A DNA stretch of 64,000 nucleotides from Enoplolaimus lenunculus. Lineage: Eukaryota. Shown here piece after piece: positions 1 through 14,200 of this stretch. Where the stretch lies: positions 186,001-250,000 of the forward strand of contig JASANG010003765.1 of assembly GCA_030248215.1 (NCBI GenBank). Reading direction: 5' to 3'. Within the stretch, counting starts at the first letter, position 1. Each line of letters starts with the position of its first letter. The position numbers and the translations under genes are program-made. The notes beneath the pieces were generated by a model that saw nothing but the letters and a program-made list of their open reading frames with translations, did no database searches and was not told the origin of the DNA.

Positions 1-1622
1 GTTTGTAAAGTCTGTCCATATTTTCAAATGAGCATTAGAATTTATCATCGGTTAGCGATAGGCTTTCAAACTGACAAACTCATATCTTAATAGCACGTTG
101 GCAGAGATGCAAATCATTTGCGGAAAAGTATGTTTAATTTCGAACGGTCACCATTCACTGGGTTGGAAGATACAACAGCATACCACCAACTTATGATAGG
201 TGCTACACGTATTTGACAATACGGACGCTAACTTTGTTGAATTTTAAAAAAATTTTGCGAACGAAGCATGTGCAAAGCTTTACACAATTTTAAAATTGAG
301 GCGTTCTAACAACAACTGTCAGTATCCTGCGGGATCAAAAGAGTGATTCGATCGGTCGATCCCCCAGATCGGCCATATAATTTCCGAAAAAAATATCGCT
401 AGTGAGAAACTAGAAGGTGCTCCAGTATTACCAGGCGCCGTCGCCAGGGGGAACTGAGGATATAGGTCGTCGATAAAGACCCAAGAAATGTTTTGTGACT
501 ACTACAAAAAGATTTAATGCCAAAATAGGTTTAGATTCACACTCGCTCTTCCCACTTTACACGCATGATAACAGTGGACCTAGCAGCAGACAGCGATTCA
601 CGAATTCCTCAAAACTCAACCAGTGCTGTAACTCCTGAATGCCCAGACTCCTCTCAATAGAAAATCCTGGTTACTGCGCCGGAGTATTTATATCGCTCGG
701 CTTTGCAACAGTCGCAAAACTTTTTCCTCCACAAATTATGGAGGAGACCACCAACCAAATCCACGTCCTTGGCTACGCGCCTACTCAGCAGTAGCAGGTT
801 CAGAAATCTCTCGCGACGGCGTGCTGGCAAAAGTTATCAAACGCAATTTTCACTGTATGCAATATATGCTAATTTTATAAAACGGAACAATCGTAAAGTG
901 TACCTTACCATTTTATCGCAAAAAATCTTCTGACGAAAGAGTAGGCCCCCGCACCCTTCCTCTCGATCCGACAGCGCTGCTGAGTGCCGAAAGATAAACA
1001 AAATTTTAAATCCAAATATAAACTCAAAGTACTTATAAGCATCACCTGACGAACTAAGATCCGAAAACGTGTGATATGCGCGATAGTTATTGCTGTTCTG
1101 TTTGTCGCTGCTATTGAGCAGGTTCGCACGCAAATTTGTCATTTCAGCTGAAATTTGAAACGTCGTGTTTGTTGACATTACTTTGATGATGTAATGTTTG
1201 TAGAATTAAAACTGCATCGTTGCCAGTGCTAAGAAGAAGCGAGAACGTTCAAATCGATATGTTTTACTGCATGTATTGATTTTTAATAATTGGGGGAATT
1301 TATAGCAATGAATACTGTCACAGCAACATGTATCCCTTTGATTTGCATTGCATATGTAATACAAACCAATTATAATAGCAGGAAAAACTATAGCGCAGTT
1401 TGTTAAATAAGTCTGACTGACATTGGTCGCCGCCGAACATTTTAATGCGAAAGACACCGAAAAATCAGAAATCAAATTTATTTCTTGTGTCACTTGAGAC
1501 AAAACTGGTAGAATTTTTATTGATCTTCAGAACCAATATTTTAGCCATGCTTTGCTGGGTTTCTACCAGTCTAAATTTCACGATACGCTACTGAAGATAT
1601 CAAAAATACTCTGAACAAATTG

Positions 1623-2008
1623 TCAATATTCACTGATTGAAACCGTACCTTCATCCGCCATACTGTCTTGAACCGTGGCCGCCAACTGTTGTTTACCATT
1701 TCGAGCTTCTTTCTGATTTGACTCAATGTACGAATACATCTTCGATCCCAGATTTATATCACGATCGCCAATTTCTGGATAATCATCATGACCTCCTTCG
1801 AGTTCAACTCCACCACTTTTGCCATTGGAAACAGACGCTTTTTGATTATCAGTTGATGATGACCCGTATTGTATGCCTGATGCCGACAATTGAGTAGTCG
1901 TCCACGACCATTGCTGACGACGTGAAATGAGCAAAAACGCAACAAACGCAACGCCAAGCACCACAAATCCAATGCCAACGCCTACAGACGCGTATATCAC
2001 TGACTGAC
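1623..2008 (-). CDS. Terminal exon of an unidentified single-pass membrane protein (TM helix + ~100-aa cytoplasmic tail)
   Basis: TTTTAG acceptor ends at 2009. The frame is open: GQSVIYASVGVGIGFVVLGVAFVAFLLISRRQQW...ISEY*. A ~22-aa hydrophobic stretch is followed by an RR stop-transfer. A possible 39-nt phase-1 upstream micro-exon lies at 2791-2829. Other upstream exons could not be resolved. Confidence 0.6.
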
Positions 2009-2033
2009 CTAAAATTTAAAACAATGCTGTCAG

Positions 2034-2444
2034 ACGCATTATGAAATGCGGTTCAAACGCATTTTGAAATGCGGTTCAAAGAGCATTATGAAATGCGGTT
2101 CAAACGCATTATGAAATGCGGTTCAAACGCATTATGAAATGCGGTTCAAACGCATTATGAAATGCGGTTCAAACGCATTATGAAATGCGGTTCAAACGCA
2201 TTATGAAATGCGGTTCAAACGCATTATGAAATGCGGTTCAAACGCATTATGAAATGCGGTTCAAACGCATTATGAAATGCGGTTCAAACGCATTATGAAA
2301 TGCGGTTCAAACGCATTATGAAATGCGGTTCAAACGCATTATGAAACGCGGTTCAAACGCATTATGAAATGCGGTTCAAACGCATTATGAAATGCGGTTC
2401 AAACGCGTTATGAAATGCGGTTCAAACGCATTATGAAATGCGGT
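2034..2444. repeat. 23-bp minisatellite, ~18 near-identical copies (AAACGCATTATGAAATGCGGTTC)
   Basis: Direct period of 23 (e.g. 2101 to 2124). The unit is self-complementary (CGCATT-ATGA-AATGCG). No unique spacers. Confidence 0.97.
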
Positions 2445-5400
2445 GGGTGATCAATCTTTTCACCAACACTGACGTATAAATGACAACAACAAAAACCTTG
2501 CGTTGCAACTTGAAAGTCACAGCTGCCTAAATTTAGCTGTGAAACAACAGCAGAAAAATACAAACTCAAATTCACATGCAGCTGGTAAAGATCATTTGTT
2601 GAAACACGAGAACAACGTATTGTAAGCACAAGAATGCTACCAATCATTTTCATAACTTATTCCCTACAATATGTCAAAAAATTTGAATACATTTGCATCA
2701 TAAAATTCCTGGTTGGGCCACTTGGCAAAATAAAGGCAAATTTGCGGTTCACCGACATAAACCTCTAATAAACGTTTTAAAATGTTTCACCTGAATCAGT
2801 TTGTACCATTATGGTTCGATGGGTATTCGCTAAGGATTGATTGTTAACGTCAATGAATTATTCGCACAAAAATCAACATGCGGCAAGAAATCGTGAATGT
2901 CACATGCTTTTAAAATATTTCGAATTTACAATAAAATAAAAAATTATTTAACTATCATATTAATTGTGGTACTCAGAAATTAAAGCCCTGAAAGAAACGT
3001 TACAAATATGTGAACCTCAATGTATAGTATAGCACAAAATCTATAAGAGGTGGCCCAAGACTAGGCCCCGATGGCGATCAAAAGCAAAATTTTGTGTTAA
3101 ATTCAGAATTAAAATTGCGTTTGGCTTCAAAATTGTCTGGTCTGCCACTGGCCATCGCAAGAAGTGCAGTCAACTGAACAAAACAAAAAGGCACCGACGG
3201 TTAAGTGACGGGGGCTCCCAGAAAGCATTAGACCGAATGTTCCTACTATTTCAAAATTTCAGGCATAAATTTAAACTATTTGGGCTTATATTTGCATGTT
3301 TCGAAATTTAATTGCTTTGCTACTCAGGAATATTGGAAGCAGAGACTTTTAGATTCAAATACACTAAACGATAGTACTTCAGAATTCACTTGGGATTTGT
3401 AAATATTCAATTTAGCTCGGGTCGACAAACCCCACAATCCGAAATGTACCTTATTTATTAATAGAATGAAATTTTTGCAATACTGCTGTCTAAAAGCTAA
3501 AACTAACTCGATTTAAGCTTACGCTATTCTAGCAGTGTGACACTAACTTTCTATATATTAACTAACCTAAACTGTTAGGTTTCGCTTAAACCTCATTTGA
3601 AATATTGCGCGTTTTCAGGTTCTAAACTTAATAAATTGTAAAAAAACTACATACTTTCTGATCAGTAGTTATATATACCTTGAACTAAAAATAAGTTTTC
3701 TTAAACTCCGCCCTAAACTTAAAAATAAGCTACTTTGATTCAAACTTAAAATTCTAGTTTAGTTAGTCCGTCCAGCCATTTAAGTTATATTTACACTCAC
3801 ATTCAAGTTCAGTTAAGCTATCATTTAAGTTTAAGTTTTTAAAGCATGGTGTAAGTATCATTTTCGCATCCACAACTTTTTTAATTAGTTCATTAAAAAT
3901 AACTTTGAATTAGATTTGTTGTATTTTGTATCCCAGTTATACGTTTCGAACTTCAGCGATTAAGACAGAAATTCGCTTGCAAGGTTTTAACAAAAACAAA
4001 TCCTTCAAGTCCACGTGAGCAAACAACAGGCGTTCAGGACAGACCCCAGCCGTTTACCTCCGAAGTTAATTCACATCAGTGATTTTGGAAAAGCTCACTC
4101 CCTAATATTATATACAACTGTGGGACGACAACATAGTCGCCTTCGTAACGAAGTTATATGCAAGTCTGTAGAGGAAATAAAACACAAAATGAATCAAAAT
4201 TATTAGTGACTAAAGTATTAAGCTCGACTCAAATCTAAATATTTAAAGCGTCAAAATTTATGCATTTAGGGAAACAAAAATGAACACGGGCGGGCATAGT
4301 TCTTGGCCAACGATAAACTTCGGTTTGATCTAAGCAATACTTCTAAAATTGAACAAAATGAACTCCTAAGCGAAATAATACTAAGTTGAAATTAGTACAG
4401 TTTAATGAATATTTTATCATGTGAATAATCCAAATACATCGATCATTGATGGAAAAAATAAATCGCAATTTGAATAATGTTACACGCTTATAAAGCATAA
4501 AATACGCTTAGGGACTTAATTAACCAAGACTAAAATATGTGCCAGAAAAGGTCTACGAATCAAAACTGCATTACGATTCAATACTAAAGGTAAGGTTTAA
4601 CTTATATACTATATAATTTGAACTAGCGAAGGAATATGCCGATTATTTTGATACAGCTATATTATTGCAATTACATAATTGCAAAAAATTACAAAACGGA
4701 AAAGTAGCTAAGCTTTGACTGATTATTTATCCAATCTTGTATTCCAGTGTCAATAGTGTAGGCCCGTAGACAACTTACCCTGCTATGGGGAAGGCTAAAA
4801 AATTTTCAGGAGGGGCATACAAGGGTTTTTGCTGACTTACAAGCAAGGTCGAAAATTTTCGGCACTTTTCTAGTTTATCCCTGCGTCCCTGCCAGGATGC
4901 AAATGTGGGGGAAAACCTTTTCGCTTGTAACATAAAAATGTTTTGGTTTCCTGTTTTAAAAACTAGTTTCTAGCTGGAAAATTTTGCTTCAATTTTGAGC
5001 TATGTTTTTCAAGAGGGATGCCGCCGCCTACAACCCCTACAATTTGAAAAATACTAAGCAGGATAAAAGGGCTGCCGCCTCCAAAGCCTCCTGCGCTAAG
5101 CATTTTATTATTGAAAGAGCTAAAATTACTGAAATAGTTTTGACCTATTTTGCCGCGTAAGTATGATAAAACATTTTTCCAGGGTGTACAGGCTGAGCCT
5201 CCGTGCCCTTCCTTGGTTGCGGACCGGGCGCGCAAGAGACTTGTGAAAAGTCAACATGCTTTAGAGATAGCCATATTGTGACTGTCTCGCTTCTTGGACC
5301 AGATAACTGATTAGTCTCAAACACTAACTGTTCTAGAAAGCCCGAAAAAAAGTTGAACAGAAAACTTTCAAACAATAACGCAGCTGCTACTAAAAGCTGT

Positions 5401-8400
5401 TTTATTCGTACATTTTCTCAAATCAGCAGATTCAGTCTGCGTTCCAATAATTGCTCTGGTGATTCTGTGCATCAGGCACAAACCAGAGTTCACAACATAA
5501 CATATGTATACAACACATGCATAATAAACGAGTTTCTATTCTATCAACAACACCGGATATAGTTAAAACCAAACGCAATTTACAACTTCACGCCTAGCTG
5601 CAATGCTCTGAACCAGTGTTCACGGCCAAGTTCCCCCCATGCCGACACCTAAGCATCTTATATGACTCATTACCAGGGACCCCTAGGTGAATTTAGTAAA
5701 ATCCCAATGGGATACTCAGAGGCTACTACATGATTCACGATGTGCCCGGTGTTAATTTTTGGCGCACCCGCATAGTTCACTTTCACCGAGGGTCTGTTCT
5801 CATGTTCTCAAAACACAAAGCCATGAACTATGTTGTTTGTTCAAGTATACCTATTATTGAATGGCCAAACTTTTACATACATTCTCGCTACAGAAACGAG
5901 ATTATAAAAAGGTACACAGAGGCGTATACAACGGGAGTGATAAAGGAGAAAATCCCAGTCCGAAATTTACTGAGATAAAAATAAACCTTCAGATTAGTTT
6001 TGTGATTCTTAAAGATCAAAAACATTCCTCTACATAAAACTATTCCTTTCGAACTGAAATTCTGGTTACGCTTTTGCAAGTACCTTATTTAGGTTTGGCC
6101 AAAAATGTTCTCCGGAGTTTGCAATTTGATACTGATTTCATCTGGTAAACAGAAATACAAATTAAACTATGCTAAATCACTATACGGCGTCTGCTCAAAC
6201 CTATCTGATAGACTATATATACATCTATACATATTTATATATTTATATATTATTGCGCTACTTGACTCTTGACTATTTCAGGCAAAAAACACCGTGTGTG
6301 CTGAACTGGGTACAAGGATGAGCCTACGGCTCATGAACTCCTCCCTCACCGTGCGGTTCAGCGATACGCCCCACGAACGATCCGTTGAGTCCCTCTCGTA
6401 TTTTCGTATAAATTTATCAAGCCCTTGATCTGCTTTTTAGGTTTCCCTACTATGGCCTCTACCGAGTTCTTAATATAAAATGTTCATAAGCATACACGTG
6501 CAAATTGACTTAATGATACAGAATGCAATCTTAACTGGATGGTTGAATCTACAATGATCAAAATATAGCAATTTTTAAGATGTGGTTTAAATATTGTCGT
6601 AATCAAAATTCGAGTCAAGCCTCAACAGGGTATGTGCTCATAGCAGGGTAGAGGGTGCTAGAGCCATTGCACTAGCAGAACAATTTACAACATGCAGCGA
6701 TAAAGGTATTGCACGTTAGCACGATATGTCCGAGCGCGTAGAAAAACAAAGTAGGCAGACTGGCTCAGTTTTCTTTAGAAAAGTTTTGATCCAGCCATTG
6801 TGGAAAAACTTTGGTTCCAAATGTAAATCAGACAAAATTCCGGCAAATCCCCCGCTTAAATTTTTCGCTTCCTTCTTATACGATACATTAACTACGCGCT
6901 TCGTGATGACATTATTATGCGATGTCAGTTGAGTTTAAGCGGTTGGCCGCCAAAATTTGTTAATTCTTCTGCAACAAAATTGGTCGGTCAGACCGGGTCA
7001 ATGTTTTTCTTATCATTCATTTATTTAGGGACGTAGTCAGGTTTTCCATTTCGGGATGGGATAACATCATGTAAAAGTTTTCTATGCGTGAGCGCACTGA
7101 ACCAAAAAGTTTCATTGCAGTTTCCAGATCCCGAAGGTTGTACGGGCTTAAAAATACCTTTTTGTGCTGTTCCAGAAGGTTCACAAGGGTATATAACCCC
7201 CGATTGTTCCCCTTGTATACACCGTTGTATTTGTTGTTGTTCTACCAAGAATTCAAAATTGTTTACCATTGACACTTCGCTAGCTTGAAGTCAAAACAAT
7301 TATGGTAATGATTATGGTAATGCAATAGAAAAACATATATGAAATGCGCGCGTCGACTACACCGCACAAGAAAAATAGCGCGGAAATCGGATTAAAAAGG
7401 TTGAAAAAACGAACTCAAGGCTAAAATATTCCGAAACCTTTATTATCATAACAAATCAATCAGGTATAACTCAAAATATCAACTTGCAATATGCGTCATT
7501 GAACACGAAATTTATCCATGGCTTGCCAAAATAATTGTTTTTTTCATGTCGACTTAATATATTGTACGCATAATAATATCATAAACTGATAAAGTATAAC
7601 TCAAAGCTAACTTCGAATAACTGAAATTTTGTTAAGGTCTCGAATAGCCAAATCAGAGCAATAAAATTGCAAAATAGGATATATCATAGTTAGGGTTGCT
7701 GTATACTTAACATGCAGCAATGTTCACCGCCGGACGGCGTTAAAAGTCAAACAAACGTTTGTCGACAAATTGTTATACAGTCCCGTACGGCACTCTGCTG
7801 CCGTTGCCGTACGCTGCCAGACGGCGCTGGACGACTCTGGACAGCACCGGCCGGAGTAGGATGACATTAAAATAAAATAACCAAACTGTTGTACAATCGT
7901 TGCTGCTTAGTTTTTACATGACATGATCCGTGCATCGCTCATGGCAAAGTTTTTCCGAGCAATCGCAGCAAGCGACAAAATATTTTGTTATTTGGGATCT
8001 AGAGGGATACTGTAAAAAATTTAGGGATCCTTTATTTTGTCTTTTTAGAAATTTCGTAAACGCCCTTGACAGAGTTTTGTTTCAAAATCTCTATAATTCA
8101 GATCTGAAGCTAGACTTTTGCGAACTCTTCCATATTCAAACCTGTCATATATACAGCCAGGAGTGGATAGTGATCCCATCTGACCACGTTCCCTGAGACC
8201 AACTTATCTTGCAGGCCCCATAATTGTTTGACCAATAACATGGGTCAAAAATATATTTATCCATTCACAGGACTGTTATGATTCGCCGCTGCATACTGCA
8301 GATCCTACATATCATAAGGACACGGTAGTGTCTCTTATAATATGTTTTACCCAAAATTTTTGATTCTAAAAATCGTTCATATTTTCATGCAGCTAGTTTA

Positions 8401-8813
8401 GATATGTATAATTTATCGCATGTAGCAACATCATACTATAAGCTTACTACATACAATGTCAGGTTCCATTCAAGTTCTGTAGTAGCAAACTAGACGAAAG
8501 TTTGCTCTAATTTTTGTGCAAATTTTCTTCGTATTTTGACTCAGATAAACGGCGTCGAAGTAAACTATAAAACTACGCAGCCCCGGTACATAGAGCCAAC
8601 AATTATTTTTTAAGCATTGCCTAGTGTGTTGGCTTAGCGTATTGTTATGCAACAGTTGATGCTACATTATCTGGTTTTTCGTCATATTGTGCGTTGACTT
8701 TTTTAAAATCTGTAAAGAAAATTGTTTTAAAAACAGGAATATACATAGCTAGGTAGAGCAAACTATCATGAATGCGGATGGATTAAAATAATAATTGGTG
8801 GGGTTGGTGCATC

Positions 8814-8883
8814 GGTTATGAGTGACTTAATAATCTTGGTAAGTTAGTGGTTATGAGTGACTTAATAATCTTGGTAAGTTAGT
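8814..8883. repeat. Perfect 35-bp tandem duplication
   Basis: GGTTATGAGTGACTTAATAATCTTGGTAAGTTAGT at 8814 and 8849. Confidence 0.9.
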
Positions 8884-8965
8884 ATCAATTCAATTTTGTT
8901 TGTTGTTCGATCTTTTCAGTATCTATACCCGTATCAGAACAAAGTTACTTTTGTAAAGTTGTGAA

Positions 8966-10092
8966 ACAAGTTGTTAAAGTGCCCCTAACCGGGCCATAGA
9001 AAAAGATATGTTTTGAAAATATATTTGATGTGTAACGTGTAAAGTTTAGAAACAAGGGACTCGAACAAATTTTGAAAGTTAAATTCACGTACTACCTTTT
9101 TTCACAAAAATCGGGCTTATTTTCTAGGACAGCATATTTCAGATTGCCAAAAAAGTTTTGGCGGTCACAAGCAAGCTGTGATGTGTCACACAGAAACATA
9201 TTCACAGCTTTGTTTGATAGTTTCGTAATTTTCTGAATTACCCGTTATCGCAAAAAATGACTCAGGGGATAGACGCTTTGAACATGCGCTGTGGAGATGT
9301 GATTTTCATCTTATTCAAACACCATGAAACAAATGTTTACCTATTTACTACTACTGGCACTAATAAGTGCCATTTTTCACGACACAAATTTCTAGCCCTG
9401 TGTGGATTTTATACAAAAACGATAATTTACAAACATAGATGGCAGTATGAAGCTTTATAACCAACTTTAGTTTTATCGAAATCTTAACCTTTGTTTTTGA
9501 GTGGCCCATTGTTCATAGCACAGTATAATGCGACGTCAGCCTTCGTCTCCAACATAAAATCGACCTCTCCGACTAAGGCAAATTTTGGTTCAACTCTGAC
9601 TCCGGTATTTTAAACTACGGCTGCTTCCTGGTTCATGCTATAAACGAATGCTAAATTACGCAAAATTATAAACGAATATATAAAGTTTCAGAAAATATTG
9701 CACTTTGCCAGTACAATTCAGGTACGCAGACTTCTCAAGGGTTCTTCAAAATTTTATCATGAAATAAAGCGATTACAAAATTTGTCAAATTTCTTTTTAA
9801 CCGAAGGAAAACATCAAATATAATACTGTTTGATTTATGGCCGCCCAAAGCTGTGAATATGTTTCTGTGTGACACATCACAGCTTGCTTGTGACCGCCAA
9901 AACTTTTTTGGCAGTCTGAAATATGCTGTCCTAGAAAATAAGCCCGATTTTTGTGAAAAAAGGTAGTACATGAATTTAACTTTCAAAATTTGTTCGAGTC
10001 CCTTGTTTCTAAACTTTACACGTTACACATCAAATATATTTTCAAAACATATCTTTTTCTATGGCCCGGTTAGGGGCACTTTAACAACTTGT
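8966..10092. mobile_element. Non-autonomous DNA transposon with 247-bp terminal inverted repeats (Kolobok-like TTAA|AG termini)
   Basis: 8966-9212 is the reverse complement of 9846-10092 with 2 mismatches seen. TTAA at 8974-8977 and 10081-10084 flanks AGTGCCCC...GGGGCACT. No transposase ORF inside. Confidence 0.85.
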
Positions 10093-11121
10093 GTATATAT
10101 GTATATCGAAGGAACTTTTGTATATATGTATATATCAAACTTCTTGTCTATAAAACAGAATTTAGTTCAACTCAGGCAGTCATAGAAGCATTTAGCATTA
10201 ACGTTAAAAAAGCGAACGGAAATGGTTGATCAACCAAAGCACCCAAATACCGGACATTTCAACACTTACGACCTTATGTGACAAATCGTTTTACATCAAA
10301 ACGCAAGGCTACACTTAAGTTATCTCAAACTGTTCAAAACTGGTGCAGGTACTGCTAATTACACTATTTAAAAAGCGTTACCGTGGAAACGAATTCTGAA
10401 ACATAATACGACTCGTTTTGCCGAATACTTGACTTGACTCAGCGATGCGAATACGAGTTTTTGCTGCAGCTACAAAGAATTTACATAAGGGTTGCGCTAT
10501 ACTTTTTTGACGTGCGACGGACGGCGCTGAAATGATGACAATTTTGCCACGCGAACTGTTCATCTGACGCTCACAGTGTGTTTTCTAGCCAAATAGTTAA
10601 AAATGATACAAATTAGACACGTGTTGTAAAATATTGTTTGCCTTCGTTCTCCGCGCAATATGTTGTTTTAAACTATATAGTAACATTTTCTAAGCAAACA
10701 CGCATATTCTAAAAGCAATAAAGTTTCAAAACACAAAATGTTATCGTTCACTGTGTAAACTGTTATCGATCACCAGTTAGCGATAGGTTTTCAAACTGAC
10801 GAACTATTGCAATCACAAATTTCAAACTTGGAACATTTTGACGCAAACAAAGCTTTAAAACTTTATCAGCTAATTTCAACATTTCAGCCCCCATTAATGA
10901 TAGTACGCCGAATCAGGGATGCGCTAAATTTGTCGTGCGGCGCCAGCCGACGCTACACGACACAATTTTTTATTATATTATATAATCACCAAAAATACGT
11001 TTCTCTAAAGCTCTATCATAACAAAAGACAGCACAAATCAGTTTCCTTATGTTCCTAACACCTCTCCATTTTGAAATCGATAGCAAATAAAGAAATGATC
11101 AGAGTAAGAATCGGTTGAAGC

Positions 11122-11295
11122 CAGTGGCGGATCCAGGATTTCAAAATCGGAAGGGGTCCAAAATTTCACAGTAATAAACTTACTTTTGACCCATACACAA
11201 ACCACGAACTATTGTCATATAATTGCAATATAATTTTTATCGAGATGCTGTTGAGGGGGCAACGGCCGGGATGCCCCCCCATGGATCCGCCATTG
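11122..11295. mobile_element. hAT-like MITE, 174 bp
   Basis: TIRs CAGTGGCGGATCCA / TGGATCCGCCATTG. Perfect 8-bp target-site duplication GTTGAAGC (11114-11121, 11296-11303). Related ends at ~13690 and ~18392. Confidence 0.9.
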
Positions 11296-14200
11296 GTTGA
11301 AGCAACCACTTAACATAATTATTATAGCAACACTGGCTTGTGTGGTGTTCATGCAAGTCAACCAAATATCAAATTTAAACCGACATTACAATTTGTCTTG
11401 ATGATTTCTGTCGCTCTTTTGACGCTTTGTTTAGGTCGCAACTTACATGTTCTCGTTGAATTTGTTTTAAATAAATCACAACATTAATAGACTAGTGATA
11501 CTACACGGGTGTTTGAAGGAGACATGATAAAAAATATGCAAGCTGATCCTTGTGTCTTGGCTAAATTTGTTCCAAAATGTCCTCCACGCAGTGAATATTA
11601 AAATAAAATGACATTAATTTCGTAGTGTAACTGTGTAAGCCAATGATTACGTTTAACGTACATATTTAATCGGCTAAATGTCAAAAATGTGTAAATGCAC
11701 AGTGTTTATGTTGACCGCTGCCAGTTTCCAGAGCGGAATTTTTGATGGGGCGTAAATTGTCAAAATGGGCACATATGTTTTAAAATAATTTAAATTTGCT
11801 TTGAACCAACACTTGTTTCTGGATCGCCCAAGTTCGAGTTTTATGCATGAGTTCAACGCATTAACTAAACCAAAAAGCACGCTTGTCTAAATCATACTGT
11901 AGCCCAGGATAAGAGAGAGAGGAATGATATTTATTTTCGCAAACCAGAGGTTTTGCTCTGGTTATTTGACTACGGACTGTTATCTATTTTAAGTATCTCC
12001 ATGTTAGTTAGACCCAACACCATTATCTTTTATATTCTTTCTTTAGGGTAGAACGGATTTGCTCCGAAGCATTTTTTGTTGATTGTCATGTCCGTTAATC
12101 CATCTCCTGGGTTAAATTAAGTTTACGCGGATTGTCTGAGTGTCTATTACATATTCGAGCAGTCTAGGTCTTACTATTCCCTTCTTCTTCGTACTACAAC
12201 AGTGCCAAAATGTTTCTAGCAAAACAAGTATTGGGTACTTGCACATGGTCAGGCTTAGGCGTAGGTTTAGGCTTAAGATTATGCATGTTCCCAGGCTCAG
12301 GTTCGCTATGTATAGATTAAAACCAGTATATGGAGAGAACTAAACAAGCACCGAGTGTTGTATTTGTTACAGTCGTGTGGCAGTGTATGTCAAGTTATCG
12401 TTTGGTATCCGTCGAGACAATACCGTCATATGTTGCGAAAAAGTACAAATTTCTCGTTTTAAACGAAACCTGAAGTCAGCAAGGCTGCATCTGGACGGTT
12501 GTCGATTGACGTGTTAGTTTGTATACGAACCAGAATTTCTGACGGAGGGTGGGTTGGCACCAGGTATGAAACCCAATTTTTACCTTATGCTGTGCCAATA
12601 TTCTGAGGGAAAACTGTAAGGTAAAGACCGTACCATCTCATTCATCAAAAAGTGTTTGAGAGAGCCGGGCGTAACGAACGTACAAGTTGCTATAACAACT
12701 ACAAAACACTTAAATTTGTGTAACGAGAAAACGACAAATTCAACACATTATTTCAACAAATTTGACACCATCATGTCTATTGCTTAATTTATAAACTATC
12801 AAATTCTTTATGGCCATTGGCGGTTCCAAGATCTCAGAATGTAGGGGGGTGTGGGGGAATCCAAACAGTCACTAGTGGTAACAAACCTATTCTTGTTTAA
12901 AACATAGCGGACAGTGTACATGAATCAACACGCAAACCACGAATGTTGCAATAAAATTGACTATGAACGAGTACAACCGTTCAACTGAGATTAATCACAA
13001 ATAAAACGCGGCATAACTCCTCATGTATAAGAAACGTTGTGACCTCTAGGATTCGGGTTATGACTCAGTAAAAATTTTGGTGAGCGTAGGGGATATATCC
13101 CACTCCCACCTATCCCTCCCCTTACACACGTACCATGTTCGTTTTCATACAATGTTGTAAAAGAAAACGTTTCTGCGTCAGTTTTGCTTGGGGGAGGTAG
13201 TAACGAGGGTGGCAACAAAGGTTCGGATTCGGCAAAATTTGCGTATCGGTTTCGGATTCAGTTTTGAAGAAGCCGAATCGAAATGCCAAATCCAACAATG
13301 TTTGGCAATATGTTTTTCAGTTTTAAACAGCAAAAATTTTAAATAACTTGTTATATTATTAAAAAAATTTTTGTTTCAGGTCACAAATTTCAACATTGAC
13401 GGCATGCACGAAATATGTCAACGTTTAAACGTCATGCGGCTGGCATTGCGTTGATATTCTGAAACAAATTATAGGTAGATATAACTAAAATTTTCCACAT
13501 GCAAGATTACAGTTCGGATTCGGTCAAATGGTCAAATCGTAGATTCGGTGCCACACTGGGAGTCTTGTTCGCCGCTGACATTGCCCCTTTCACATTTTGT
13601 CTGCGTGCGCATCTGTTAACCTGATTCCCAAAGTAATGTTTTTGAGATCCTATTGGGGGGGGGGGGGCTATGGCCAGAGAGGCTCCCCATGGATCCGCCA
13701 TTGTTTACGGCTTATCATATTTTGCAAAATCCGTCTTCGTTACGGTTAATAGGCTGAACTGAACTGTTCTGTGGCCATTTTGAAAACTTTTTCGAGGGCA
13801 GCAGCCACCCAAATTTTCAAATCCAAAACACAGTGCTTGGATTCAATGCTAAGATTACGTTAGGGTTCTCGCACGCGAGGCATCTTCCACTATTAAATAT
13901 GGCGCGCAGTGCATGTGGCGCCGCATTGTTAGATCAGCTTTTGAACTCCCTTCCCAGCAGCAAGCCTACTTGCGTTAAAAGTCCATCCGTCAAAACACAA
14001 ACTGGCTTTCCGGCCAGAGGCTAACGAACAAACAACCACATTAACCCTGGTGCAACATTGACATAATAACAAGGGAATTATGTAACTAATGTTGTTGTGG
14101 AAATTAAATTATGCATGAAACCACCCCAAACAAAACTAAAATTGCCATATAGGCCTCAATACAGCGAGCACATATATAAGTCTAATGCAACACCAGAAAC

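Noticed and set aside
2034..2444. CRISPR-like palindromic repeats
   Set aside because: The units are contiguous with no unique spacers, there are no cas genes, and the context is a eukaryotic intron.
7021..7288. Cys-rich and overlapping ORFs on both strands
   Set aside because: No recognisable domain and no consistent splice context to choose a frame.
8814..8905. Spliced-leader RNA-like layout (GG-start leader, GTAAG donor, AATTTTG)
   Set aside because: It does not match SL1 (GGTTTAATTACCCAAGTTTGAG), the Sm-like site is too close, and no stem-loops are evident. A simple duplication explains it better.
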